Assembly (NCBI GenBank): GCA_046995905.1
Contig: JBKXET010000001.1
Coordinates: forward strand, 479,589-543,588
Length of the DNA: 64,000 bases
DNA from: Collinsella sp.
GTDB lineage: Bacteria; Actinomycetota; Coriobacteriia; Coriobacteriales; Coriobacteriaceae
Direction of reading: 5' to 3'
Shown: positions 17,964-26,488 of the stretch, in pieces
Position numbering within the stretch: the first letter of the stretch is position 1
Layout of the letters: each line of letters starts with the position of its first letter
Notes under the pieces: generated by a model
The model's input: the letters and a program-made list of their open reading frames with translations, nothing else
Told to the model about the DNA's origin: nothing
The model's database searches: none
Program-made: the position numbers and the translations under genes

Positions 17964-18956
17964 ATGACTACTCAGGAACAGGTTAAGGATGTCGTCTCCC
18001 AGGTTTTGGCTGACAAGGCAGACAAGGGCGGCATCAAGCGCGTCGTGTGGATTGGCGCTGGCGGATCCAACGGCGGCAACTATCCTGCCCAGTACTTTAT
18101 GGAGCACGAGGCCACGCAGGTCGTGAGCTCCAGCTACACCAGCAACGAGTTCGTGCACGCAACCCCTGCCTACGTCAACGAGAACACCCTGGCCGTGGTC
18201 GTGTCCATGCGCGGCACCAAGGAGACCATCGTCGCCGCCCAGGTCGCCAAGGACCACGGCGCCAGCACCATCGCAATCTATGTTGACGAGTCCGGCCTCA
18301 CCGAGGTCTGCGACTACAAGATCCAGTACGACAGCTTGGCCGTCAACGAGTCCTGCATGGGCCGCACCAACTCCGCCGTCGTGACCATGATCGCCATGGA
18401 GCTCACGCAGCAGACCGAGGGCTATGCCGAGTACGAGACCGCTATGGCCGCCTTCGATCTGGTCGATCCCATCTACCGCAAGGCCGTCGAGTACACCCGT
18501 CCGCTCGCTGCCAAGTGGGCCGAGCAGAACGCCGACAAGCCCTGCATCAACGTCATGGCTCAGGGCCCGCTCTTTGGTGCCGCCTATGTCTTTAGCATCT
18601 GCAACGTTCAGGAGATGCTGCAGATCGACTCCTGCACCATCAACACCTGCGACTTCTTCCACGGCCCCTTCGAGATCCTGGACAAGCGCACCTCGCTGTT
18701 CCAGCTCATCAGCGTCGGCCGCAGCCGCTGCAACGACGAGCGCGGCATCCGCTTCGTTAACCAGTACGGTGGCGAGCGCGTCTATCAGCTCGACGCCAAG
18801 GAGCTCGGCCTCAACGACATCAAGGACAGCGTGAGCGAGTACTTCAACCACCTGATCTTCGCTCCGATCCTCAACAACGTCTACATGCGTGCGCTTTCCG
18901 CCGTCACCCACAAGGACTACATGACGCGCCGCTACATGTGGAAACTCGATTACTAG
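17964..18956 (+). CDS. SIS-domain sugar-amine-phosphate deglycase (FrlB/GfrF-like), paralog 1
   Basis: About 330 aa with a double SIS architecture: VVWIGAGGSNG, SMRGTKET, HGPFEILD, and C-terminal RRYMWKLDY. Confidence 0.7.
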   Translation: MTTQEQVKDVVSQVLADKADKGGIKRVVWIGAGGSNGGNYPAQYFMEHEATQVVSSSYTSNEFVHATPAYVNENTLAVVVSMRGTKETIVAAQVAKDHGASTIAIYVDESGLTEVCDYKIQYDSLAVNESCMGRTNSAVVTMIAMELTQQTEGYAEYETAMAAFDLVDPIYRKAVEYTRPLAAKWAEQNADKPCINVMAQGPLFGAAYVFSICNVQEMLQIDSCTINTCDFFHGPFEILDKRTSLFQLISVGRSRCNDERGIRFVNQYGGERVYQLDAKELGLNDIKDSVSEYFNHLIFAPILNNVYMRALSAVTHKDYMTRRYMWKLDY

Positions 18957-18990
18957 GGATAGAGCAACCTAACAACTCAATGTCCTCATA

Positions 18991-19057
18991 AGTTGCGGTG
19001 GAATAGTTCCTGTTTGGGGGCTTGAAGCCTCTATTCAGGAACTATTTCACCGCAACT
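18991..19057 (+). terminator. 22-bp-stem hairpin downstream of the SIS gene (terminator-like, no T-run)
   Basis: AGTTGCGGTGGAATAGTTCCTG (18991-19012) pairs with CAGGAACTATTTCACCGCAACT (19036-19057), with one G-T mismatch. Confidence 0.5.
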
Positions 19058-19178
19058 GAATCCAGGGCGGCACTTGGGGACGTTCCTTTTGTGCCGGCAC
19101 TTGGGGACACTCCTGGGAATCATTTCCTCGTTCGCCGATTTGTGTCTTGAAAAATGTATATAACGACTATAACGTAGT

Positions 19179-20297
19179 GTGAAACATATTGGAAACAATA
19201 CCGAGGAGGCTGCGTTGAAGAAGAGCAATCTGGGCTATGTGCTGGTGCTGATCGCCGCGCTTATGTGGGGCAGCATCGGAATCTTTGTAAACGGCATCTC
19301 GGCCATGGGCGTTTCGTCCCAGAGCATGGCTGCCTTTCGCTTGTTGGTCGGAGCGCTTATCTTGGCGCCGGTCCTGATGTTTATGGGCTGCCGTCCGGGT
19401 GAGGGGTCTACCGTGGCTCAGGGTCCGCTGGCCCTGTTCAAGGCAAGCCCTAAAGAGCTTGTTCCCTGTGCGCTTGTCGGCATCGTCGGTTTGGCCGCCG
19501 CCAACACCTGTTATTACGAGTGCATGGGCGAGGTGGGCATGTCCACGGCCTCGGTGCTGCTCTATACCTCGCCGGTGTTTGGCGTCGTGCTCGGCCGCGT
19601 GCTTTATCGCGAGGACGTGACCCCCAACAAGCTCGTCGCCATTGTCTTTAACATCGTTGGCTGCGTGCTTGCAGTGACCAATGGCGACCTTTCCGGTTTT
19701 CATTTTTCGGTTTGGGGCGTCACGTCGGGCGTGATTGCAGGCCTTTGCGGTGCGTCGCTCGCGGTGTTTAGCCGGATAGCAACCAAGACAGTCCACCCGC
19801 TGGCTGTCACGTTTTGGGGCTTTGTTTTTGGCGGTGCGGTTATGGCGGCTATCGCGGCTCCGTGGCCGGATGTCGCCGCGGCAATGTCGCCACAGCTGCT
19901 GCTGCTGTTCCTTGGCTTTGGACTCATCCCCACAGCCGTGGCTTACATCTTATATATGCAGGGTCTGTCCATGGGGCTCGAGACGTCGAAAGTTCCCGTC
20001 GTAATGTCTTTCGAGACGGTCGTCACCGTACTGGTGGGCATTGGCATCTACGCTGAGCCCGCCGGCGCGATCAAGGTCCTGGGCATCGTGCTGGTGCTCG
20101 CGTCCATCCTGATCATGAACACCGACTTCTCCAAGCTGCGCAACAGTGTGTTTGTCGGTCATGTTGTTGAGAGCATGACCTTTAAGCCCAACGCGTGGTG
20201 GACGGAGAAATCGCAGGACATGGATCTGTTTAAGGAGCGCACCGGCATCGCGCTGGAGCCCACCGTACAGGAAAGCCCCTGGTACTTCGTGCGATAG
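19179..20297 (+). CDS. DMT/EamA-family transporter
   Basis: Ten predicted TM segments with two EamA-like halves. The start is uncertain: GTG 19179, or TTG 19215 after GAGGAGG. Confidence 0.75.
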   Translation: MKHIGNNTEEAALKKSNLGYVLVLIAALMWGSIGIFVNGISAMGVSSQSMAAFRLLVGALILAPVLMFMGCRPGEGSTVAQGPLALFKASPKELVPCALVGIVGLAAANTCYYECMGEVGMSTASVLLYTSPVFGVVLGRVLYREDVTPNKLVAIVFNIVGCVLAVTNGDLSGFHFSVWGVTSGVIAGLCGASLAVFSRIATKTVHPLAVTFWGFVFGGAVMAAIAAPWPDVAAAMSPQLLLLFLGFGLIPTAVAYILYMQGLSMGLETSKVPVVMSFETVVTVLVGIGIYAEPAGAIKVLGIVLVLASILIMNTDFSKLRNSVFVGHVVESMTFKPNAWWTEKSQDMDLFKERTGIALEPTVQESPWYFVR

Positions 20298-20479
20298 GGG
20301 ATTGCGCGCAGGGTCTGACCTGGGGTTATCCAGCTAGCGCCGGCCTACCCAGTCCAACGTTTCGAGTACGTTAAACCCGTCAACGGTCGATTTTCACCCG
20401 CGAACGGTCTTTATACTAATTAGCAATATAAGCAACGTATAAGACGTTATAATGACCATAACGAAAAGGAGGAGGCAAG

Positions 20480-21403
20480 ATGAATCAGATCATTCTCGCA
20501 TCTCATGGCGGCCTGGCCGCAGGCGCCAAAGACACGCTCGAGATGGTTCTCGGCGACGTGTCGAACGTCCACGTCGTGTCGCTTGCTCGTGACGACAAGG
20601 AGCCCATCACCAATAAGGTTGAGGCTATGATCGCCACGTTCAACGCGGACGACACCGTCTATGTGCTGACCGATATGCTCGGCAGCTCGGTCAACAACAA
20701 CATGGTCGAGCTTTCCAAGAACGGCACGAAGTTCACGGTTGTCAGCGGTTTCAACATCCCGTTGGCGCTCACGCTTGCTATGAGCCCCGCCCCCGTCAAG
20801 GGCGCCGAGCTCGCGGCCCTCATCAATGAGGCCCGCACCGGTCTGACCAACCCCAACGCACCGGTCGAGGCCGCCGCGGCTCCCGCCAAGAAGGCCAAGG
20901 CGTCCCGTCACAGCTCCGGTCCCGCCAAGATCGTCCTCGCACGTCTTGACTACCGTCTGCTGCACGGCCAGGTCGTCTTTACTTGGACCACCAAGGTTCA
21001 GGCCGAGCGCATCATCGTCGTCGACAACGCTGCCGCCAACGATGACATCAAGAAGGGCGCTCTTAAGCTGGCCAAGCCCCAGGGCGTGCGCCTGAACGTC
21101 TTCACCGTCGAGCGTGCCCTCGCCAAGATGGATAAGCTCAACACCCTCGGCGAGCGCGTCATGTTCGTCTTTGGCAACACTGCCGAGATGCTGCAGTTCT
21201 GTCAGGGCTACAAGCTCGACGCCATCAACCTGGGCGCCACCGCCAACCACGACGGTGCCGATCAGGTCGGCGGCAAGGACAGCTCCGTCTTCCTCGACGC
21301 CACCCAGAAGGCCGACGTCAACCAGCTGCTCGACATGGGCATCAAGCTCTATGTCCAGCAGACCCCTACGTATCAGAGCGTCGACATCGACGCCAAGCTG
21401 TAA
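20480..21403 (+). CDS. PTS mannose/fructose/sorbose family EIIA-EIIB fusion
   Basis: EIIA N-terminus MNQIILASHGGLAAGAKDTLEMVLG, an Ala/Pro linker, and EIIB KIVLARLDYRLLHGQVVFTW. Confidence 0.9.
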   Translation: MNQIILASHGGLAAGAKDTLEMVLGDVSNVHVVSLARDDKEPITNKVEAMIATFNADDTVYVLTDMLGSSVNNNMVELSKNGTKFTVVSGFNIPLALTLAMSPAPVKGAELAALINEARTGLTNPNAPVEAAAAPAKKAKASRHSSGPAKIVLARLDYRLLHGQVVFTWTTKVQAERIIVVDNAAANDDIKKGALKLAKPQGVRLNVFTVERALAKMDKLNTLGERVMFVFGNTAEMLQFCQGYKLDAINLGATANHDGADQVGGKDSSVFLDATQKADVNQLLDMGIKLYVQQTPTYQSVDIDAKL

Positions 21404-21439
21404 TCAACCAGGCTTTTGCCTGACTGAAAGGAGAAGGGT

Positions 21440-22234
21440 ATGAATACGTTCATCAGTGCGGTGCTCGTCGGCCTCGTCGGCGTGTTCTGCATGTGGGACT
21501 CCCGCCTGCTCGGTCGTCTTAACTTCGAGCAGCCCCTCGTTGGCGCTACGCTCGTCGGTCTGCTGTTGGGCGATGTGCCCACCGGCCTTGCCGTCGGTGC
21601 CGCCGTCGAGCTCGTGTCCATGGGCCTGGTGCAGGTCGGCGCCGCCGTTCCGCCCGATATGGTCCTGGGCGGCATCGTGGCCGCTGCCTTTGCGTGCCTG
21701 ACCGATGCTTCCGCCGAGACCGCCATGACGATCGCCATCCCGGTCGCCGTCCTGGGTCAGCTCCTCGGCATCGTGTTCCGTTCCATCATCGCCGCCCTTA
21801 CCCATGTGGCAGATAGCGCGATCGATAACGGAAAGTTCAAGACCGCCTACCGCATGCACATCTGCGCCGGCTCCGGTCTGTACGCCGTCATGTACTTCCT
21901 GCCGATCTTCCTCGCCGTCTTTGTTGGCACCGACCTGGTTCAGGCCATCGTCAACATGGTTCCCGAGTGGCTGTCCACTGGTCTTAACGTTTCGACCAAG
22001 ATCATGACCGCCTACGGCTTGGCCCTGCTGCTCACCATGATGATCAAGAAGGGTATGACTCCGTTCCTGTTCATCGGTTTCCTGCTCGCCGCTTACCTCA
22101 ACCTGTCCGTCATCGCGGTCGCTCTGATCGGTGTGTGCCTGGCTGTCGTCTTCATGGGCTTCAAGTTCAACGGTTCCCATGCAGCCGCCGGTGTCGATTC
22201 CGACTACGATCCGCTCGAAGACGACGAAGACTAA
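21440..22234 (+). CDS. PTS mannose-family EIIC
   Basis: Multi-TM protein with the position and size typical of ManY/SorA-type IIC. Acidic C-terminal tail. Confidence 0.85.
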   Translation: MNTFISAVLVGLVGVFCMWDSRLLGRLNFEQPLVGATLVGLLLGDVPTGLAVGAAVELVSMGLVQVGAAVPPDMVLGGIVAAAFACLTDASAETAMTIAIPVAVLGQLLGIVFRSIIAALTHVADSAIDNGKFKTAYRMHICAGSGLYAVMYFLPIFLAVFVGTDLVQAIVNMVPEWLSTGLNVSTKIMTAYGLALLLTMMIKKGMTPFLFIGFLLAAYLNLSVIAVALIGVCLAVVFMGFKFNGSHAAAGVDSDYDPLEDDED

Positions 22235-22247
22235 GGAGGAACACACT

Positions 22248-23081
22248 ATGGCAACCGCAACCAAGGACGTGTCCCTGAACAAGAAGGTCAGCCAGTTCTT
22301 CTGGCGCTCCTGGGCCATCCAGGCCTCTTGGAACTACGAGCGTCAGATGAACATGGGCTTCCTCTACGGCATGGTTCCCACGCTCGATCGCCTCTATCCG
22401 GATGAGTCCGACCCCAAGCAGCTCGCTGCTAAGAAAGAGGCTTACCACCGTCACATGGCGTTCTACAACTGCACCCCGCAGACGAGCGCTTTCATCCTGG
22501 GCCTCGCCGCCTCCATGGAGGAGGAGTACGCCAAGGATCCCGAGAACTTCGATCCCGATTCGATCAACGCGGTCAAGACCTCCCTCATGGGTCCGCTTTC
22601 CGGCATCGGTGACTCCTTCTTCCAGGGCACCATCCGCGTTATCGCCTTTGGTCTGGGCGTTCAGCTGGCTCAGCAGGGCTCCATCATGGGCCCGATCCTG
22701 GCCATGCTCATCTCCATCGTCCCCTCTGTGCTGATCACTTGGTTCGCAGCCAAGATGGGCTATCAGGGCGGTCACGAGTACCTGAGCAAGCTTCAGGGCG
22801 GCGACCTCATGGAGAAGCTCATGTATGTCTGCGGCATCGTGGGTCTTATGTCCGTGGGCGGCATGATCGCTACGCTGATCGGCGCCACCACCCCGCTGCA
22901 GTTCGCTGAGGGCACTGTCGTGATCCAGGACATCCTGGACGGCATGATGCCCCAGATGATCTCCCTTGGCCTCACTGGCCTTATGTACTGGCTCATCAAG
23001 AAGAACGTCAACACCGGTTGGCTTCTCGTGATCGCCATCGTGGGCGGCATCGCCCTCTCCGCGGCCGGCATCCTGGCCTAG
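22248..23081 (+). CDS. PTS mannose-family EIID
   Basis: FFWRSWAIQASWNYERQMNMGFLY is the hallmark IID N-terminal motif. ATG 22248 follows AAGGAGG. Confidence 0.9.
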   Translation: MATATKDVSLNKKVSQFFWRSWAIQASWNYERQMNMGFLYGMVPTLDRLYPDESDPKQLAAKKEAYHRHMAFYNCTPQTSAFILGLAASMEEEYAKDPENFDPDSINAVKTSLMGPLSGIGDSFFQGTIRVIAFGLGVQLAQQGSIMGPILAMLISIVPSVLITWFAAKMGYQGGHEYLSKLQGGDLMEKLMYVCGIVGLMSVGGMIATLIGATTPLQFAEGTVVIQDILDGMMPQMISLGLTGLMYWLIKKNVNTGWLLVIAIVGGIALSAAGILA

Positions 23082-23278
23082 TCGCGACTAAGCGCCTAAC
23101 CGCTTTCCCCCGGGGGCCTGCCTGGCATCCCATACCCCAGGCAGGCTTCCATCCCTATACGTGACAAAGGACAGTCCCTTTGTCACATCCTCAACGGGCC
23201 GGCGACTCGGTCCAAACCACGGTAACCCTGCGAGCGCCCGGCAATGTGGCGCCGCAAAAATCGAAAGGAATGTGTCAG

Positions 23279-24262
23279 ATGTACGAGATCGACCTTAACC
23301 TCCCTAAGCAGATCGTCGCTGACGTCCTGTCCAACCACGAGATCCACAGCGTCGCCTTCGTCGGCTGCGGCGCTTCCATGTCCGACCTTTACCCCGCCAA
23401 GTACTTCCTGGCCAACAACACGGACAAGCTGAACGTTCAGATCTTCACCGCTAACGAGTTCAACTACGACACGCCTTCCTGGGTCAACGAGCACACCTTC
23501 GTGATCACCTGCTCCCTCGGTGGCTCCACGCCCGAGACCGTCGAGGCCAACAAGACCGCCAAGAAGCACAACTGCCCGGTCGTCTCCCTCACCAACAAGG
23601 CTGGCTCCGCTCTGACCGTCGACGCCGACCATGTCATCGTTCACGGCTTCCACGCCAACTACGCTGCCAAGTGCGAGAAGCCCGGCTATGCCATCGCTCT
23701 TGCTGTCGAGATCCTTCAGCAGACCGAGGGCTATGACCACTACGAGGACATGATCACCGGCCTCACCAACGTCTTCGATCTCTGCGAGAACGCCGCTCAG
23801 CACTGCAAGAAGCTCGCCAAGAAGTTCGCCGAGGACTTCAAGGACGACAAGATGATTTACTTCATGGCTTCCGGTGCCTCCGAGAAGATGGCTTATTCTC
23901 ACGCCGCCTTCCTGTTCACCGAGATGCAGTGGATCGACGCCGCCGCCTACAACACCGGCGAGTACTTCCACGGCCCGTTCGAGGTTTCCACCGAGGGTAA
24001 GCCCTACGTCTTCTTCATGTCCGATGGCGCCACCCGTCCGATGGACGCCCGCGCCCTCACCTTCCTTAAGCGCATGGGCGCCAAGGTCGCTCTGATCGAC
24101 TCCAAGGACTACGGCCTGGCTGACGTCGTGCCCGCGAGCGTCGTCACCTACTTCAACCCGCTGCTGCACCTTGCCGTTATGCGTGAGTACGGCAACCAGA
24201 TCGCCGAGGCCCGTCAGCACCCGCTGACCATGCGTCGCTACATGTGGAAGCTTTCCTACTAA
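23279..24262 (+). CDS. SIS-domain deglycase (FrlB/GfrE-like), paralog 2
   Basis: VAFVGCGASMS, CSLGGSTPET, HGPFEV, and C-terminal RRYMWKLSY. The start was chosen at ATG 23279 after AAAGGAA. Confidence 0.7.
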   Translation: MYEIDLNLPKQIVADVLSNHEIHSVAFVGCGASMSDLYPAKYFLANNTDKLNVQIFTANEFNYDTPSWVNEHTFVITCSLGGSTPETVEANKTAKKHNCPVVSLTNKAGSALTVDADHVIVHGFHANYAAKCEKPGYAIALAVEILQQTEGYDHYEDMITGLTNVFDLCENAAQHCKKLAKKFAEDFKDDKMIYFMASGASEKMAYSHAAFLFTEMQWIDAAAYNTGEYFHGPFEVSTEGKPYVFFMSDGATRPMDARALTFLKRMGAKVALIDSKDYGLADVVPASVVTYFNPLLHLAVMREYGNQIAEARQHPLTMRRYMWKLSY

Positions 24263-24342
24263 TCACAAGTAAGTAGACCTTACGGGTTGATTGAAAGGGG
24301 ATGGGGTTTACGCCCCGTCCCCTTTTTTGCTCTTGAGAGGAG

Positions 24343-24978
24343 ATGCGTATGATCAAGGCAGTGCTGTTTGATATGGATGGCGTGCTGGTCGATACCGAGT
24401 GGTTCTACAACCGCCGCCGCGTGGCGTTTATGGAGGAGAAGGGCTTCCACTTTGACGAGATCCCCGATCTTTCGGGGTCTAACGAGCCGGCCATTTGGCA
24501 GGCGCTGGTGCCCGACGATGTTGAGTTGCGCGAGCGCCTGCGCGTGGAGTACAAGCAGGTCTACAGCCCGGTCCATCCCGTTCCGTATGCCGAGCTGCTC
24601 AACGAGCAGACAGAGCCGGTGATGCGCGAACTGCACGAGCGCGGCGTGAAGTGTGCCATCGCGAGCTCGTCCTATCGCGAGCTGATTGACGAGCTGGTGG
24701 ACATCGCCGGTATTGCCGACGTGTTGGACTACACCATCAGCGGCCACGAGTGCAGCGCGTTTAAGCCCGACCCCGAGATTTACCTGCGTGCCATGGAGGC
24801 GTTGGGGGCGGAGCCTGCCGAGTGCCTGGTTATCGAGGACTCGCCTTTGGGCATCGAGGCCGGCAAGCGTTCCGGCGCCCGCGTCCTGGCACTGCGTCCG
24901 CACGAGGGCGTCAACCTCGATCAATCGCGAGCCGATGCCGTTATTGATAATCTGACCGACATTTTGGCCGCTTTGTAG
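24343..24978 (+). CDS. HAD-superfamily hydrolase (beta-phosphoglucomutase-like sugar phosphatase)
   Basis: DxDG motif LFDMDGVLVDTE, a cap domain, then SSSYR and EDSPLGIEAG. The last 6 codons lie inside repeat A. Confidence 0.85.
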   Translation: MRMIKAVLFDMDGVLVDTEWFYNRRRVAFMEEKGFHFDEIPDLSGSNEPAIWQALVPDDVELRERLRVEYKQVYSPVHPVPYAELLNEQTEPVMRELHERGVKCAIASSSYRELIDELVDIAGIADVLDYTISGHECSAFKPDPEIYLRAMEALGAEPAECLVIEDSPLGIEAGKRSGARVLALRPHEGVNLDQSRADAVIDNLTDILAAL

Positions 24979-25134
24979 TGTCAATCCGCCGCGAGAAGCA
25001 CGGGTTCAAGCGTTTTTTGCGGTGGACTGGCTCCATTTGGTTTCGATTTTGATCCGTTTGGCTTCGATTCGGACTAAGTGAGTAGACTTTTTGGCGCAGG
25101 CCGAGCACAATGCATATCTTCCTTTGTAAAACCG
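24961..25134 (+). repeat. intergenic repeat A, second copy, left part (interrupted by the IS)
   Basis: Aligns with 16651-16823 and ends ...TTTGTAAAACCG directly before the IS. Confidence 0.85.
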
Positions 25135-25150
25135 ACGCTCCTATAAGTTG

Positions 25151-26388
25151 TCAATAGGCAGTTTGCGGGAGCGCTCCCTTCAATTCGCACAGGAGCTCGT
25201 AATACCTCCTCTCCAGTTTCGTCGACCGCCGTCTCCCATGTTCCAGGTGACCGAGTGAGGCCGCGGACATGCCGAGCCCCGCGGCGGCCTGCTTCTGGGT
25301 CACCCGCATCGCCTTGCGCATCTTCGCGAGCTCGGGGCCTTCCGGCGCGGCGCCGTCGGGATTCGGGTCCATGAGCACGCGGTACACCTCCCGCGCTATG
25401 TAGCGCTTCAGGCAGCGGACCGCCTCCCTCCGGGACTTCCCCTCGGAGGTTCGCCTCGCCACGTACCTCCTCGTCCTCTCGTCGTATGCCATGCGCTTGA
25501 TCGCGATCTCGTAGAGCGCCCAGTTCGCCTGCCGGTTGCCGCCGCGGTTGAGCCTGTGCCGCTCCGTCTTCCCGCTCGACGCGGGGATCGGGGAGACGCC
25601 GCACAGCATCGAGAACGCCGCCTCGCCCTTCAGCCTGCCGGGGTTGTCGCCGGCGGCCACGACCAGGGCGGCGGCGGTCGTCGTGCCGCAGCCCTCGATG
25701 CCGAGCAGCGCGGGCGCGTTCGCCTCCAGCAGCGCGCGGATGCGCTCGTCGAGGGACTCGACCTGGCTGCGGGCCTCCTTCCAGACCGCCGCGACGGACC
25801 GCAGCGAGGCCAGCACGCTCTCCTCGAGCGCGTCGCCCGCCTTCCTCCGCGCGCGAGCAGCGGCATGAGGTCCTTCGGCCGCTCGCGGCCCCTGAACCGC
25901 TCCCTCAGGGCGCCCGGGGCCGTCGTGAGCATCGACTTCGCGCAGGCCACGCAGGACGTGGACGTCGCGACGGCCAGCCTGCGCGCGACGTAGAGCTGGC
26001 GCACCGCCTCGACCCAGCCGTCCTGCGACTTCGGCACGGAGCAGCCCCTCCCGGACGCCGCCTTGCGCGCCGCGCGCTCGGCGTCCAGCGGGTCGCTCTT
26101 CCCCTCGCCGGGCCTCGCCTTGTCCCTCTTGGGCCTGAGCACCTCGACGACGTTGTACCCGAGCTCCACGAGCCTCCTCGTCAGCCCGGCCCCGTACGAT
26201 GCCGTGCCCTCGACGCCGACGACCATGCAGCTCCCCGGGTCGCCTATCGCCTCCGCCAGCCTGTCGTAGCCCTCGGGGTCGGCCCCGAAGCTCCCGCTCC
26301 AGATCTTCCTCCCGAGGCCGTCGAGCAGGCACAGGACATGCACGTCCTTGTGCGTGTCGACGCCCGCGATGACCGTTTCGCCTTCCAT
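25151..26388 (-). pseudogene. IS110-family transposase, interrupted by a frameshift near 25845-25862
   Basis: The N-terminal DEDD domain (VIAGVDTHKDVHVLCLLD...VGVEGTASYG) is in one frame. The Transposase_20 part (LLGIEGCGTTTAAALVVAAGD...SSGKTERHRLNRGGNRQAN) is in the -1 frame. The switch falls in a GCGCGCG run. Confidence 0.8.
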
Positions 26389-26488
26389 TTTCGCTCCCCT
26401 CGGTCTGCCGCCTGCTCCGCGCCCGGGTCTCCCAGACATTGCACTGACGGGAGCGCTACAATCAAGTTGCCTTATCCGATTGTCCGCG

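Noticed and set aside
19167-19796. A 209-aa minus-strand ORF overlapping the DMT transporter start.
   Set aside because: It lies opposite a clear 10-TM EamA-type gene. Its translation is basic and low-complexity.
25845-25862. A programmed -1 ribosomal frameshift in the IS110 transposase.
   Set aside because: IS110-family transposases are normally single ORFs. There is no slippery heptamer (A AAA AAG-type) or downstream structure. A GC-dinucleotide run favours mutation or a sequencing error.
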